From Bacilli bacterium (GTDB lineage Bacteria > Bacillota_I > Bacilli_A > RF39 > UBA660), in NCBI GenBank assembly GCA_017527675.1, contig JAFXPU010000008.1, positions 8,114 through 72,113 on the forward strand: DNA of 64,000 nt, written 5' to 3'. The translations under genes were made by a program, and so were the position numbers. Numbering within the stretch: the first letter of the stretch is position 1; every line of letters begins with the position of its first letter. Below are positions 35,497 through 45,158 of this stretch, piece by piece. The notes beneath the pieces are model-generated. The model had not been told where the DNA came from and ran no database searches. It saw nothing but the letters and a program-made list of their open reading frames with translations.

Positions 35497-36838
35497 TTCT
35501 AGACGCTGCAAAGAGGGCGATATATTTGTTGCTTTAAGAGGCGTTGAAGGTGATGGACATCGTTTTATAGCTGATGCTGTTAAAAATGGTGCTAAAAAAG
35601 TTATAGTTGAAGAAGAAGGAGACTATGGTGTTGAAACATTAATTGTTAAAGATACTAGAGTATATTTAAATGCTTATTTAGAAAGTCAATATGGTTCTAT
35701 TATTGATGCGATGAATATTATTGGTATAACTGGTACTAATGGTAAAACAACCACAGCCTATTTAATATATGAAGCTTTAAATATGCTAAATATTAAATGT
35801 GCTTATATTGGTACAATTGGCTTTTATTTAGATAAAAAAGTAGCACCACTTGATAATACATGTCCGGATATAGCTTTAATATATGAAATGATTTTAAAAG
35901 CTTATGATAAAGGATATAAATATGTAGTAATGGAAGCTAGTTCTCAAGGTTTAAGTTATGGCCGTTTAGATACAATTAAGTTTGATTATGCATTGTTTAC
36001 TAATTTAACACAAGATCATTTAGATTTTCATAAAACAATGGAAAATTATGCTAAAGCCAAACAAAAATTGTTTGAAAATTTAACTCATGATGGTTTATCT
36101 ATTGTTAATAATGATGATGATTATGTGGATTATTTTAAAACAGATAAATCAATCACTTATGGTTTTACTTCATCAGATTATCAAATTACTAGTTATGAAT
36201 TAACTGCTCATGGAACTAATTTTGTTATTAATGGTGTAGATAATATTCAAACTAAATTAATTGGCAAATATAATATTTATAATGTTTTATTAACATATGT
36301 CTTTTTAGATAGAATAGGGGTTTTAAAAAAGGATATTATTAAAATTATTAGTATGTTAACTCCGCCACCAGGACGTATGGATATAATAAAATATAATGAT
36401 AATAGTATTATAGTTGATTATGCTCATACACCAGATGCTATGAATAATATTATTTCAACAGTAAAAGAAATAGCAAAGGGAGACATTTATATAGTATTTG
36501 GTTGTACAGGTTCAAGAGATAGAACTAAAAGACCTATTATGATGGATATTGCTCTTTCTAATGCTAAGTTTGTTGTAGTAACATCTGATGATTTACATAA
36601 TGAAGAATTTGTTCAAATTGTTGCTGATATGGAACAGGGTGTAAAAAGTAAGAATTATATAGTTCATCGTGATAGAAGAAAAGCAATTGAAAAAGGAATT
36701 GATATGTTAAATCATAATGATGTTTTACTAGTTTTAGGAAAAGGTCATGAAGATTTTATTATTGATAAAAATTTAAAAATACCTTTTAATGATCATAAGG
36801 TTATTGAAAGTATAATTCGTGAGAAAGTAGAAATTTAA
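35480..36838 (+). CDS. MurE-family Mur ligase paralog lacking the DNPR motif (amino-acid specificity unknown)
   Basis: DSRRCKEGDIFVALRGVEGDGHRFI, P-loop GITGTNGKTTT, MEASSQG and DYAHTPDA. SDDLHNEE occupies the position where DAP-type MurE has SDNPR. Confidence 0.8.
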   Translation: MNIKTDSRRCKEGDIFVALRGVEGDGHRFIADAVKNGAKKVIVEEEGDYGVETLIVKDTRVYLNAYLESQYGSIIDAMNIIGITGTNGKTTTAYLIYEALNMLNIKCAYIGTIGFYLDKKVAPLDNTCPDIALIYEMILKAYDKGYKYVVMEASSQGLSYGRLDTIKFDYALFTNLTQDHLDFHKTMENYAKAKQKLFENLTHDGLSIVNNDDDYVDYFKTDKSITYGFTSSDYQITSYELTAHGTNFVINGVDNIQTKLIGKYNIYNVLLTYVFLDRIGVLKKDIIKIISMLTPPPGRMDIIKYNDNSIIVDYAHTPDAMNNIISTVKEIAKGDIYIVFGCTGSRDRTKRPIMMDIALSNAKFVVVTSDDLHNEEFVQIVADMEQGVKSKNYIVHRDRRKAIEKGIDMLNHNDVLLVLGKGHEDFIIDKNLKIPFNDHKVIESIIREKVEI

Positions 36839-36843
36839 TTAAT

Positions 36844-36871
36844 ACCTCATATAATAATATGAGGTGTTTTT
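36844..36871 (+). terminator. 9-bp hairpin plus U-tract between the two murE paralogs; the 3' arm contains the murE RBS
   Basis: acctcatat / atatgaggt with a 4-nt loop, followed by GTTTTT and ATG 36872. The GAGGTG of the RBS is in the 3' arm. Confidence 0.5.
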
Positions 36872-38173
36872 ATGCTTAGAAGTAATTCCAAAGATATCCA
36901 AAAAGGTGATACTTTTATAGCTTTAAAAGGTGAAAGTGTTGATGGACATGATTATATAAATGAAGCAATTCAAAATGGTGCTGTACGTGTAATAGTTGAA
37001 AAAGGTAATTATAATATTGAGACTGTTAAAGTTAAATCAACAATTGATTATTTAAATTCTTATTTAAGAGCAATAATGCCTAATATTAAAATAATTGGTA
37101 TAACTGGTACTAATGGTAAAACAACAACAGCTTATTTAATATATGAAGCATTGAATATGTTGAATATTAAATGCGCTTATATAGGTACAATAGGTTTTTA
37201 TTTAGATAAGAAAATAAAAGATTTAAATAATACTACACCAGGTAATATAGAATTATATGAATACATAAAAATGGCTTACGATAATAATTATAATTATATT
37301 GTTATGGAAGTAAGTAGTCATGCTTTAAAACAAAAAAGATGTGATTTTATTGATTTTTCCTATGCTATTTTTACTAATTTAACAGAAGATCATTTAGATT
37401 ATCATAAAGATATGAGTGATTATATGGAAACTAAAAAAATACTATTTGAAAAATTATGTAAGGGTATTAATATAATTAATAATGATTCTGCTTATGCTTT
37501 GAATTACAAAATAAATAATTATGTAACTTATGGTTTTACTAAATCTGATTATAATATAGTTGAGTTTAAAAAGAATGTAATTGTAAATAATGTAAAATAT
37601 AAGACAAATTTAATTGGTAAACATAATGTCTACAATATGTCATGTGTAATAATTATACTATTACTTCTTAATATTGATTCTAAAACAATTCAAAATGTTA
37701 CTAAAAAGTTATTACCGCCACCAGGACGTTTAGAATGTCTAAAATATAAAACAAATTTTATTTATATAGACTATGCTCATACACCGGATGCTGTTTTAAA
37801 GGCCATAGAAACTGTAAGTAAAATAAAGCATAATCGGCTTATTACCATTTTGGGCTGTGGGGGAAGAAGAGACCCTTATAAACGACCTATAATGGGTATG
37901 ATTGCTATTAATAATTCTTCCTATACTATTATTACTAGTGATAATCCTCGTGATGAAGATCCTAATACTATTGCTAAGCAAATGGTTCAAGGACTTGACA
38001 ATTCTAACTATGAAATTATCTTAAATCGTGCAAAAGCCATTAAAAAAGGTATACAATTGCTTCAAAAAAATGATATACTATTAGTACTGGGAAAAGGTCA
38101 TGAAGACTATCAATTTGTTGGTAATCGAAAAATTCATTTTAGTGACCTTGAACAAATAAAAAAATATATATAG
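36872..38173 (+). CDS. murE: UDP-MurNAc-L-Ala-D-Glu:meso-diaminopimelate ligase (DNPR-type MurE)
   Basis: P-loop GITGTNGKTTT, MEVSSHA, DYAHTPDA and ITSDNPRDEDP (DNPR motif). Lies directly upstream of mraY. Confidence 0.85.
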   Translation: MLRSNSKDIQKGDTFIALKGESVDGHDYINEAIQNGAVRVIVEKGNYNIETVKVKSTIDYLNSYLRAIMPNIKIIGITGTNGKTTTAYLIYEALNMLNIKCAYIGTIGFYLDKKIKDLNNTTPGNIELYEYIKMAYDNNYNYIVMEVSSHALKQKRCDFIDFSYAIFTNLTEDHLDYHKDMSDYMETKKILFEKLCKGINIINNDSAYALNYKINNYVTYGFTKSDYNIVEFKKNVIVNNVKYKTNLIGKHNVYNMSCVIIILLLLNIDSKTIQNVTKKLLPPPGRLECLKYKTNFIYIDYAHTPDAVLKAIETVSKIKHNRLITILGCGGRRDPYKRPIMGMIAINNSSYTIITSDNPRDEDPNTIAKQMVQGLDNSNYEIILNRAKAIKKGIQLLQKNDILLVLGKGHEDYQFVGNRKIHFSDLEQIKKYI

Positions 38174-38182
38174 GTGATTATT

Positions 38183-39175
38183 ATGTTAATACTTGCTAAA
38201 TCTGTTTTAGCTATGATGATAGGATTTATAATCTCTGTTATTTTTGGTTTGATAGCTGTTCCAATGTTAAGAAAACTTAAGGCTTCTCAACATTTAAGCA
38301 CTTATCTAGGAAAAGCCCATTCAAAAAAAGAAGGAACACCAACGATGGGAGGAATAATATTTATTATTCCAACACTTATCTCGATGGTTATTTTACTTGC
38401 TTTAAATAAACTGGAATTAACGGAGAACTTATTAATTGTTTTATTTGTTTTCTTATCATATGCTGCTTTAGGATTTATTGATGATTATTTAATTATTAAA
38501 AGAAATAATAATATTGGTTTAACAGAAATACAAAAATTAATAGGGCAAATTGCCATAGCCATTGTATTTTACATTATTTATATGAAGAGTGGTGCTGAGG
38601 CAACCATTGATATTGATGCTTTAAATATTTCTATTCCAATGGGATGGTTTTATACAGTGTTTATTTTGTTTATGCTTGTTGCATCATCAAATGCCGTTAA
38701 TATTACAGATGGTTTAGATGGACTTGCTGGTGGCCTATCATTAATGGCTTTTGTTGCTTTTGCCTTAATAAGCTGGGGTTCAGTTGGTATAGCCGGTTCT
38801 TCAGATATAGCAATATTCTGTTTTATTCTAGCTGGTTCACTACTTGGATTTTTAGTATTTAACTCACATCCAGCTAAAGTTTTTATGGGCGATACAGGAT
38901 CCTTATCATTGGGAGCTACACTTGCATCTGTTGCTATTATTACTCGTCATGAAGTAACATTTATTGTTATAATGGGTGTATTTATTTTTGAAACATTAGT
39001 ATGTCTAATTCAAATTGTTTCAATGATATATTTTAAAAGAAAAGTATTTTTAATGACACCATACCATCATCATTTAGAAAAACTTGGATGGCAAGAAACA
39101 GATATAGTTAAATTATTCTTAGTAATAGGTTTAATTTTATCTATGGCTGCTATTACATTTGGTGTATGGATTTAG
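38183..39175 (+). CDS. mraY: Phospho-N-acetylmuramoyl-pentapeptide transferase
   Basis: GTPTMGG, DDYLIIKR, NAVNITDGLDGLA, FMGDTGSLSLG and PYHHHLE. Confidence 0.95.
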   Translation: MLILAKSVLAMMIGFIISVIFGLIAVPMLRKLKASQHLSTYLGKAHSKKEGTPTMGGIIFIIPTLISMVILLALNKLELTENLLIVLFVFLSYAALGFIDDYLIIKRNNNIGLTEIQKLIGQIAIAIVFYIIYMKSGAEATIDIDALNISIPMGWFYTVFILFMLVASSNAVNITDGLDGLAGGLSLMAFVAFALISWGSVGIAGSSDIAIFCFILAGSLLGFLVFNSHPAKVFMGDTGSLSLGATLASVAIITRHEVTFIVIMGVFIFETLVCLIQIVSMIYFKRKVFLMTPYHHHLEKLGWQETDIVKLFLVIGLILSMAAITFGVWI

Positions 39176-39230
39176 TTATTGAAATATTAAGAAAAATATT
39201 ATATAATAGATTAAGAAGATAGGTGATTAG

Positions 39231-39581
39231 ATGAATAAGAAGGGTTTTACTTTAATAGAATTACTTGCTGTAATTGTTATACTTGCTTTAATAGCTATAA
39301 TAGCATTTCCAAATGTTACTAAGTTAATTAAAGGTGCTAAAGAAGACACTAATACAGTTCAATTTAAAGTTATAAAAGATACTTTAAAAGATTATATTGC
39401 TGAACATGCAACTGAATTAAATGATGGTGATGAAGTTTGTATATCTGATTTAAAAGAAGATGGATTATTAGAAAATAAAAAGATTGTTAATCCAGATACT
39501 AAAGAAGAATATAAAGGATGCTTCACTTTAACATGGGATGATACCTATAATCAATTTACTTATGAATATGCTGAAAATTAA
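39231..39581 (+). CDS. Type IV pilin / ComGC-like pseudopilin (prepilin N-terminal motif)
   Basis: MNKKGFTLIELLAVIVILALIAIIAFPN is the class III signal with G-F-T-L-I-E. Two Cys in the C-terminal half. Confidence 0.8.
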   Translation: MNKKGFTLIELLAVIVILALIAIIAFPNVTKLIKGAKEDTNTVQFKVIKDTLKDYIAEHATELNDGDEVCISDLKEDGLLENKKIVNPDTKEEYKGCFTLTWDDTYNQFTYEYAEN

Positions 39582-39605
39582 AAGTACTAGTTAGTACTTT
39601 TTTTC
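39581..39605 (+). terminator. Rho-independent terminator
   Basis: Stem aaagtacta/tagtacttt plus a T-run. Confidence 0.7.
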
Positions 39606-39672
39606 TTGTATTATTTACTTTTTATGGTATAATTATATTTAGTAAATAGAATAAAAAATAGGGAGTGATACT

Positions 39673-42090
39673 ATGGAATATGAAATGGGTAATCAATTTG
39701 CTTTAGATATGGAATCAGCTAAAGCTAATCAAGCATGTATTTATAAAGGAAATAAATATCGTATTACAGTTTTAACTGAAAGACTTATTCGTTTAGAGTA
39801 TAATGATTCAGGTATTTTTACTGATGAACCAACTGAATTAGTTTGGCATCGTAATTTTGAAAAACCAGAATTTGAAGCAGATGAACATGGTAATACTTTA
39901 ACTATCACAACAAAATATTTTAGATTAACTTATACCAAAGAAACTCCATTTGCAGGTTCTCAAGTTAGTAAGACAAATAATCTAAAAATTGAATTATTAG
40001 GTACAGATAAAATCTGGTATTATGGTCATCCTGAAGCACGTAATTACAAAGCACCATCTTCATTAGATGTTTCTAAACCTGATACAATTAAAGGTTTATA
40101 TTCAATTGATGGATTCACGACCTTAGATGATTCTAATCATAAATTACTTAATAGTAAGGGTAATGTTAAAGAAAGAGAAAATAAAGGTATAGATATTTAT
40201 GTCTTTATGTATTTAAAAGATTTCTCTTTATGTTTAAAAGATTATTTCATGTTAACAGGTTATCCTGCCTTAGTACCACGTTATGCACTAGGTAACTGGT
40301 GGAGCCGTAATAATGATTACAATGAAGCTCGTTTAGATGAACTTGTTGATAATTTTGAATTTAATAAAATTCCAATGTCTATCATTATGTTAGATAAAGA
40401 CTGGCATGTACGTTTAAAAGAAAAGAATTCACATTTAAAAACAGGTTTTACTTTTAATGCTGAATATTTTCCAAATCCAGCTAAGACAATTGAAGTATTA
40501 CATTCAAAAGGTATTAGACTTGGTTTAAATGTTAACCCAACTGAAGGTTTTTATCCAATTGATACATATTATGAACAAGCTAAAAAATATTTAAAAACTG
40601 ATGAAAAGGGTGTTATACCATTTAATGTTTATGATGCTAAGTGTGTAGATGTATATTTAAAAGTATTTATCCATCCACTTGATAATTATGGTATTGATTT
40701 CTTTTGGTTAGATTTCTATGATAAAAATCGTTTAGAAGAATTAACACTTCTTAAGCATTATCATTTCTATGATATGATGAGAAACTATCAAAGAAGACCA
40801 ATGGTATTTGCTTATAGTGCTGATGTAGCTCCACATAGATATCCAGTATTATATGCTGGTAAAACAACTGTTAGTTGGGATACTTTAGCAGCTATACCAT
40901 TATTTAATAGTAGTGCTACTAACTTAGGTGTTTCTTGGTGGTGCCATGATATAGGTGGATACTTTAAAGGTGTTGAAGATTCTGAATTATATACACGTTA
41001 TGTCCAACTAGGAGTATTCTCACCAATTTTAAAACTTGGTGCTGATGCTGGACGTTTCTACAAACGTGAACCATGGCGTTGGGACATTAGAACAGCAACA
41101 ATTGCTGCTGATTATTTAAGATTACGTCATAAATTAATTCCATATTTATATTCAGAAGCTTATAAATATCATAAATTTGGTATTCCTCTAATTCAACCAA
41201 TTTATTATCGCTATCCAGAAACATATGATGACACTTTATATAAAAATGAATATTATTTTGGTGGACAATTATTTATTTGTCCTATAACAACTAAAAAAGA
41301 ATTAGTCATGAATAGGGTTATTAAAAAATTCTATTTACCACAAGGTATTTGGTATGACTTTGTAACTGGTAAAAAATTCCCAGGTGGTCGTAAATACGTA
41401 TCATTCTTTAAAGACCAAGATTATCCAGTATTTGCTAAAGCAGGTGCTATTATTCCTATGGCTTTAAATAAAAACTTAAATGATACAACACCACCTAAAG
41501 ATATGGAAATTCATATCTTCCCAGGACAAAATAATAACTATCGTATGTATGAAGATGATGGCGTATCAGATTTACACTTAAAAGGATATTACCTACTTTC
41601 AACTATTGATTATAACTACTTGCCAAATAACTATACAGTTATTATAAGACCAATAGAAGGTAAATCTGGTATTGTTCCTGATACTCGTAATTATAAAATT
41701 AGATTTAGAAATACAAAAAAATCTAGTGATGTTCAAGCATACATTAGAGATCAAAAAATAGAATGTACAACATATGTTGATGGACCAGACTTCATAGTTC
41801 AAGTTGATGATGCTCCAACAACACAACAATTAACTATCAACTGTAAGGGTAAAGATATTGAAATTGATGCTGTACGTGTTATCATGGATGATGTTGAGTC
41901 AATCATTTCTGACTTACCAATTTTAACAGAATTAAAAGATAAGATTTATAATATCTTTGTTGATGAAAATTTATCTATACGTAAAAAACGTATTGAGATC
42001 CGTAAATTAACAAAATCAAAAGTTGGTAAATTAGAGAAAAAATATGTTCAATTATTCATAAATTTACTTGAATATATTTCTCAAGTGTAA
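39673..42090 (+). CDS. Glycoside hydrolase family 31 (alpha-glucosidase/xylosidase-like)
   Basis: GYPALVPRYALGNWWSR, DFFWLDFYD (nucleophile region) and WWCHDIGGY, which are typical GH31 blocks. Confidence 0.75.
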   Translation: MEYEMGNQFALDMESAKANQACIYKGNKYRITVLTERLIRLEYNDSGIFTDEPTELVWHRNFEKPEFEADEHGNTLTITTKYFRLTYTKETPFAGSQVSKTNNLKIELLGTDKIWYYGHPEARNYKAPSSLDVSKPDTIKGLYSIDGFTTLDDSNHKLLNSKGNVKERENKGIDIYVFMYLKDFSLCLKDYFMLTGYPALVPRYALGNWWSRNNDYNEARLDELVDNFEFNKIPMSIIMLDKDWHVRLKEKNSHLKTGFTFNAEYFPNPAKTIEVLHSKGIRLGLNVNPTEGFYPIDTYYEQAKKYLKTDEKGVIPFNVYDAKCVDVYLKVFIHPLDNYGIDFFWLDFYDKNRLEELTLLKHYHFYDMMRNYQRRPMVFAYSADVAPHRYPVLYAGKTTVSWDTLAAIPLFNSSATNLGVSWWCHDIGGYFKGVEDSELYTRYVQLGVFSPILKLGADAGRFYKREPWRWDIRTATIAADYLRLRHKLIPYLYSEAYKYHKFGIPLIQPIYYRYPETYDDTLYKNEYYFGGQLFICPITTKKELVMNRVIKKFYLPQGIWYDFVTGKKFPGGRKYVSFFKDQDYPVFAKAGAIIPMALNKNLNDTTPPKDMEIHIFPGQNNNYRMYEDDGVSDLHLKGYYLLSTIDYNYLPNNYTVIIRPIEGKSGIVPDTRNYKIRFRNTKKSSDVQAYIRDQKIECTTYVDGPDFIVQVDDAPTTQQLTINCKGKDIEIDAVRVIMDDVESIISDLPILTELKDKIYNIFVDENLSIRKKRIEIRKLTKSKVGKLEKKYVQLFINLLEYISQV

Positions 42091-42102
42091 TATAATATGT
42101 GT

Positions 42103-42310
42103 ATATTTTTGAAAAAACGTTGAAAAAGAGTAGTAATAAATAAAACATTTATTTAGAGAAAAAGTGGTTGGTGAAAACTTTTAAATGTTATTTATGAACT
42201 TGCTTTGGAGTTTATGCGTATATCTGCGTTAAAGATTAAAGATAATCTAAGTATTATGAAAAAGGGTGGTACCACGATCAAGTCGTCCCTTTAACATAAT
42301 ACTTTTTTTT
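42103..42310 (+). ncRNA. T-box leader, leucine specifier (CUU)
   Basis: Promoter TTGAAT-17-TATAAT (42068-42096) overlaps the GH31 stop. Contains AGAGA, GGTGAAA, the specifier context TTTATGAA-CTT (42199-42201), the T-box AAAGGGTGGTACCACG, and a long terminator helix (aagtattatg...cataatactt) plus a T-run of 8. Confidence 0.8.
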
Positions 42311-42320
42311 GGAGGTAAAT

Positions 42321-42695
42321 ATGATTTTTAATATAATATTATTTATAAGTTTATTTTTAATTGTTTACTTAATGTATTACCTGTTTGTAATACGTAGTAA
42401 AAAAGCCATGATTAAAATGCAAAATGGAAAAGAGATGTTATTCTTAAAAAGAAATTATCATCTTGATTATGATAAATTAGATACTAAGAAAGTAGCTAAT
42501 TCAGTTGCTTTAATAAATGCGTTTATTATATCTTTTACAACAGAAGTTGTATGTTTATTAAATAGCTGGATTTCTAATTTCTACTTATGGCTTATATGTT
42601 CAATGTTTATGGCTATAGTTATCTTATTTCCTCTAATCATTATCCTATATCATTTAGTTGGTACTTATTATAATAAAAAACAAAAGGAGATGTAA
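42321..42695 (+). CDS. Small polytopic membrane protein between the Leu T-box and leuS
   Basis: ATG 42321 follows GGAGGT. About three hydrophobic segments; no motif recognised. Confidence 0.5.
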   Translation: MIFNIILFISLFLIVYLMYYLFVIRSKKAMIKMQNGKEMLFLKRNYHLDYDKLDTKKVANSVALINAFIISFTTEVVCLLNSWISNFYLWLICSMFMAIVILFPLIIILYHLVGTYYNKKQKEM

Positions 42696-42698
42696 TTT

Positions 42699-45113
42699 AT
42701 GTACAATCACATTAAAATAGAAAAAAAATGGCAAGATTATTGGGATTCAAATAAAACGTTTAAAACTGATTCTTATGATTTTTCAAAACCGAAATTCTAT
42801 GCCCTAGATATGTTTCCATATCCATCAGGTGTAGGTCTTCATGCGGGGCATCCAGAAGGATATACAGCAACTGATATTGTTTCTCGTATGAAAAGAATGC
42901 AAGGATATAATGTACTTCATCCAATGGGATTTGATTCATTTGGTTTACCTGCTGAACAATATGCAATTAAAACAGGTAATCATCCAGCTAAATTTACTAA
43001 TGAAAATATTGAAACCTTTAAAGGACAATTAAAACGTTTAGGTTTTTCTTATGATTGGGATCGTGAAATATCTACATCAGATCCATCATACTATAAATGG
43101 ACTCAATGGATATTTAAAAAATTATGGGAAGATGGTTATGCTAAACAAATCGATATGCCAGTTAATTGGTGTGAAGAATTAGGAACTGTTTTAGCTAACG
43201 ATGAAGTTATTGATGGTAAATCTGAACGTGGTGGTTATCCAGTTGTTAGAAAAAATATGAAACAATGGGTAATTGATATTCCTGCTTTTGCCGAAAAATT
43301 ACTTGCAGGTTTAGAGAATATTGATTGGCCAGAATCAACTAAGGAAATTCAAAGAAACTGGATAGGTAAATCAACAGGTGTAGAAGTAGAATTTGAAATT
43401 AAAGATGGTGGAAAATTCTCTATTTATACAACTTGTATTGAAACTATTTATGGTATTACTTTTATGGTTTTAGCTCCAGAAAATAAATTGGTTGATGATT
43501 TAAAAGATCGTATTAAAAACTGGGATGAAGTAGTTGCCTATAGAGAAGAAACAGCTAAGAAATCAGATATGGATAGAACTGAATTAAATAAAGGTAAAAC
43601 TGGTGTTAGACTAGAAGGTATCTATGCTATTAATCCCGTTAATGGTAAAGAAGTAGAAGTATTCTTAGGTGACTTCGTACTTGCATCTTATGGAACTGGT
43701 GCTGTTATGGCTGTACCTTCTCATGATCAACGTGACTTTGAATATGCTATTTATCATAAAATTCCAATGATTCAAGTTATTGATGGTGCTGATGTATCTA
43801 AATGTGCCTTTGAAAAACAAGATTACTTAGGAAAAGGTTGTAAATTAATTAATTCAGAAGAATTCACTGGTTTAACAGTTGAAGAAGCAAAAGAAGCAAT
43901 CACTGATAAATTAGTTAAGATGGGTGTTGCTAAACGTAAAACAAATTATAGATTACGTGAATGGATCTTTGCTCGTCAAAGATATTGGGGAGAACCAATC
44001 CCAGTAATTCATATGGAAGATGGTACAGATGTAGTGTTATCAGATAAAGAATTACCATTAATCTTACCAGAAATGGAAGACTATAAAGGTAAAAATGGTA
44101 AGGCACCACTTGAAAATGCTACTGAGTGGAAAAATGTTACAATTGATGGTAAAAAAGGTGTTCGTGAAACATCAACTATGCCAGGTTCTGCAGGTTCATC
44201 TTGGTATTTCTTAAGATACATTGATCCTAAGAATGATAAGGAATTTGCTGATAAAAAATTAGTAGACCATTGGATGCCAGTAGACTTATATGTAGGTGGT
44301 CCAGAACATGCAGTAGGTCACTTACTATATGCTCGTATGTGGAATAATTATCTATATGATAAAGGTTATGTATCTGTTGCTGAACCATTTAAAAAATTAG
44401 TTCATCAAGGTATGATATTAGGTTCAAATGGTATAAAGATGGGTAAACGTTTCCCAGAATACGTTATTAATCCAGACGATATTGTTAATGAATATGGTGC
44501 TGATACTTTAAGAATGTATGAAATGTTTATGGGACCACTTGAAGCCGATAAACCATGGAATGATGAAGCCGTAAATGGTATTCGTAAATTCTTAGATAGA
44601 ATATATAGACTATATATGGAAGAACCAAAACCAACTGGTGAAAATAAAAATCTTGAAAAGATTTATAATCAAACAGTTAAAAAAGTAACTGAAGATTATG
44701 AAACTCTAAACTTTAATACAGCAATCTCACAAATGATGATATTTATAAATGCTGTTTCTAAAGAAGATGTTTATCCAGCCGAATATGCTGAAGGATTTAT
44801 TAAACTTTTAAATCCAATTGCTCCACATCTTACAGAAGAGATATGGCATGAAGCATTTAAACACGATAATACTATTTCTTATGAACCATGGCCAACATAT
44901 GATGAGGCTAAAATGGTAGATGAAACATTTACCATGGTAGTTCAAGTAAATGGTAAAGTACGTGGTAAAATTGAAGTAGATAGTGATACCTCAAAAGAAG
45001 AAATGGAAACATTAGCTAAGGAAATAGATAATGTTAAAACTTATATTGATGGTAAAGAAATTGTCAAAATTATCACAGTTCCTAAGAAATTAGTAAATAT
45101 TGTTGTAAAATAG
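42699..45113 (+). CDS. leuS: Leucyl-tRNA synthetase
   Basis: PYPSGVGLHAGHPEGY (HIGH region), a CP1 editing domain, and a KMGKR (KMSKS-like) motif. Confidence 0.95.
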   Translation: MYNHIKIEKKWQDYWDSNKTFKTDSYDFSKPKFYALDMFPYPSGVGLHAGHPEGYTATDIVSRMKRMQGYNVLHPMGFDSFGLPAEQYAIKTGNHPAKFTNENIETFKGQLKRLGFSYDWDREISTSDPSYYKWTQWIFKKLWEDGYAKQIDMPVNWCEELGTVLANDEVIDGKSERGGYPVVRKNMKQWVIDIPAFAEKLLAGLENIDWPESTKEIQRNWIGKSTGVEVEFEIKDGGKFSIYTTCIETIYGITFMVLAPENKLVDDLKDRIKNWDEVVAYREETAKKSDMDRTELNKGKTGVRLEGIYAINPVNGKEVEVFLGDFVLASYGTGAVMAVPSHDQRDFEYAIYHKIPMIQVIDGADVSKCAFEKQDYLGKGCKLINSEEFTGLTVEEAKEAITDKLVKMGVAKRKTNYRLREWIFARQRYWGEPIPVIHMEDGTDVVLSDKELPLILPEMEDYKGKNGKAPLENATEWKNVTIDGKKGVRETSTMPGSAGSSWYFLRYIDPKNDKEFADKKLVDHWMPVDLYVGGPEHAVGHLLYARMWNNYLYDKGYVSVAEPFKKLVHQGMILGSNGIKMGKRFPEYVINPDDIVNEYGADTLRMYEMFMGPLEADKPWNDEAVNGIRKFLDRIYRLYMEEPKPTGENKNLEKIYNQTVKKVTEDYETLNFNTAISQMMIFINAVSKEDVYPAEYAEGFIKLLNPIAPHLTEEIWHEAFKHDNTISYEPWPTYDEAKMVDETFTMVVQVNGKVRGKIEVDSDTSKEEMETLAKEIDNVKTYIDGKEIVKIITVPKKLVNIVVK

Positions 45114-45135
45114 GAAGATTTTTCTTCCTTTTTTT
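45112..45135 (+). terminator. Rho-independent terminator
   Basis: Stem aggaaga/tcttcct plus a T-run. Confidence 0.7.
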
Positions 45136-45158
45136 GATATAATGATAATGGTGATGTT

